DNA of 64,000 nt from Thermodesulfobacteriota bacterium. Lineage in GTDB: Bacteria; Desulfobacterota; Desulfobacteria; Desulfobacterales; C00003060. The position numbers were made by a program, and so were the translations under genes. A model generated the notes under the pieces. That model worked only from the letters and a program-made list of their open reading frames with translations, was not told the DNA's origin and did no database searches. The DNA is taken from the NCBI GenBank assembly GCA_034189385.1, contig JAXHVD010000020.1, positions 1-64,000 on the forward strand. The letters are read 5' to 3'. Below are positions 62,541 to 64,000 of this stretch, one piece after another (within the stretch, counting starts at the first letter, position 1; the number at the start of each line of letters is the position of its first letter).

Positions 62541-62667
62541 AGTGCCTAAAGTTTTAAGTGCACTAAAGTGTGCTAAAGTTAAGGAATTCTGCCAATTATA
62601 TAAAAGAAAGGAGCGAAGCGACTTCCACAAGTTTAGGCACTTTAGCTCACTTCAGGCACTTTGAACT
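62541..62667. repeat. Inverted pair of 9-10-bp-period arrays (AAAGTGCCT-like) around an AT-rich spacer
   Basis: Left agtgcctaaagt..agtgcactaaagtgtgctaaagtt; right tttaggcactttagctcacttcaggcactttgaact. Confidence 0.75.
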
Positions 62668-62797
62668 TGTCCAGTATTCAGAAAACAGCACCTTTCAGGG
62701 GCAAATCAACGCCTGGTCCTTCGGGCCAGGATTCTTTACTCAAGGCTCTCTCTGTTGTTGCTGCGTGCATGGAAAATAGTTGGATGTGGGGTTAGGT

Positions 62798-64000
62798 ATG
62801 GAAAGAAGACGGGTTCACATCATCACCATGGGATGCCAGATGAATGTATACGATTCCGAACAGATGGAGAGAATCCTGGCGCCCATGAATTACAGGCCTA
62901 CTTCAAATCCGGACAAGGCGGATCTGATTCTGGTGAACACCTGTTCTGTTCGTGAGAAGGCGGAGCACAAGGTCTATAGCTGCCTGGGACGACTTGAGCG
63001 TCAAAAAAGGAAGAGACCAGAGCTGATCATTGGTGTGGGCGGATGCGTGGCTCAGCAGGAAGGGGAGCGGATTCTCAAAGCCGCCCCTCATGTAGATATG
63101 GTTTTTGGAACCTTTGCCTATAGGCGGCTTCCTAATCTTTTGCGAGCGGTTGCTGAGAAAAAAAAGCGGATTGTAGACATTGACATGGCCGGGACAGTGG
63201 AACCGCTGCACACATGGCCTTCAGAGTTTCAGGAGGGCCGGGCGACTGCCTTTGTGACCATCATGAGCGGTTGTGAGAATTACTGTTCATACTGCATTGT
63301 TCCCTATGTGAGGGGACGGGAAATCAGTCGAAAGCCTGAGGGCATACTGGAAGAGGTGGAGCACTTGGTGGAAAAGGGCGTTCGGGAAGTGACACTCTTG
63401 GGGCAGAATGTCAATTCCTATGGTGCGAAGGATGGCCATGGCCTTGGTTTCGTGTCACTCCTTGAGGCGGTGAACCACATAAGAGGCCTGCACCGTGTCC
63501 GGTTTACCACTTCTCACCCTAAGGACCTTTCTGATAGGCTGATTCGTGCTTTTGGAAGATTGGAAAAGCTGGCCCCCCATGTCCACCTGCCGGTTCAATG
63601 CGGAGCAGACCGCATCCTGAGACGCATGAACAGGGGTTACACAAGGCAGTACTACTTGTCTAGGGTCAATGCCTTGCGGGAGGTTCGTCCTGATGTGGCC
63701 ATTACGTCTGACATCATCATAGGCTTTCCTGGCGAGGAGGAGGCTGACTTTGAAGAGACGCTGAGCCTGGTAGAATCAGTTAGGTTTGACAATCTTTACA
63801 CATTCAAGTATTCTGATCGTCCCCACACACCAGCTCGCAAGTTCCGAAATAAGGTCGACGAAAAGGTAAAAGGGGAACGATTTACCAGGTTAATGGAGCT
63901 TCAGGCCAAGATAACGCTGGAAAAACATCGATCATTGATAGGGACTGTCCAGGAAGTGTTGGTGGAATCTCCCAGCAAGAGAAGGGGAGATCAAATGGCG
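62798..64000 (+). CDS. miaB: tRNA-2-methylthio-N6-isopentenyladenosine synthase, truncated by the window end (absent from the ORF track)
   Basis: TMGCQMN..DSE, NTCSVREKAE, GGCVAQ, radical SAM CENYCSYC, RFTTSHP. Confidence 0.93.
   Translation, partial: MERRRVHIITMGCQMNVYDSEQMERILAPMNYRPTSNPDKADLILVNTCSVREKAEHKVYSCLGRLERQKRKRPELIIGVGGCVAQQEGERILKAAPHVDMVFGTFAYRRLPNLLRAVAEKKKRIVDIDMAGTVEPLHTWPSEFQEGRATAFVTIMSGCENYCSYCIVPYVRGREISRKPEGILEEVEHLVEKGVREVTLLGQNVNSYGAKDGHGLGFVSLLEAVNHIRGLHRVRFTTSHPKDLSDRLIRAFGRLEKLAPHVHLPVQCGADRILRRMNRGYTRQYYLSRVNALREVRPDVAITSDIIIGFPGEEEADFEETLSLVESVRFDNLYTFKYSDRPHTPARKFRNKVDEKVKGERFTRLMELQAKITLEKHRSLIGTVQEVLVESPSKRRGDQMA

Overview
Bacterial chromosomal core region. 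Gene content and order suggest an anaerobic Desulfobacterota (deltaproteobacterial) host; this is an inference. The left third carries xerC-hslVU-argBDFGH-(lptM-like)-lysA-dapF-dapL-folK, a lytic transglycosylase and tRNA-Gly/tRNA-Cys. The middle (about 16.7-40.5 kb) is more variable. It holds a GAF-PilB/GspE ATPase, an M48-TPR peptidase, a sterol-desaturase-family protein, a sigma28-preceded cheW / tetraheme cytochrome c / heme-c chemoreceptor unit and an ORF-poor region behind a sigma54-type promoter. It also holds a four-subunit 2-oxoacid:ferredoxin oxidoreductase, a fused MurU-AmgK, PlsB, a MamI-like membrane protein, RNase HI and NamZ. The right third is housekeeping: hisC-cmk-rpsA-sppA-ihfB, guaB-dnaE, mutS-amidase, recJ and partial miaB. 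I saw no CRISPR array, prophage, transposase or rRNA. Best leads: (1) the putative redox-sensing chemotaxis unit; (2) a MamI-like protein outside any magnetosome cluster; (3) a candidate sigma54-dependent sRNA with an anti-Shine-Dalgarno-like 5' end; (4) a TTAA-flanked fold-back MITE family; (5) short-period, often inverted tandem arrays at operon junctions. All protein calls are by motif recognition, with no database search.
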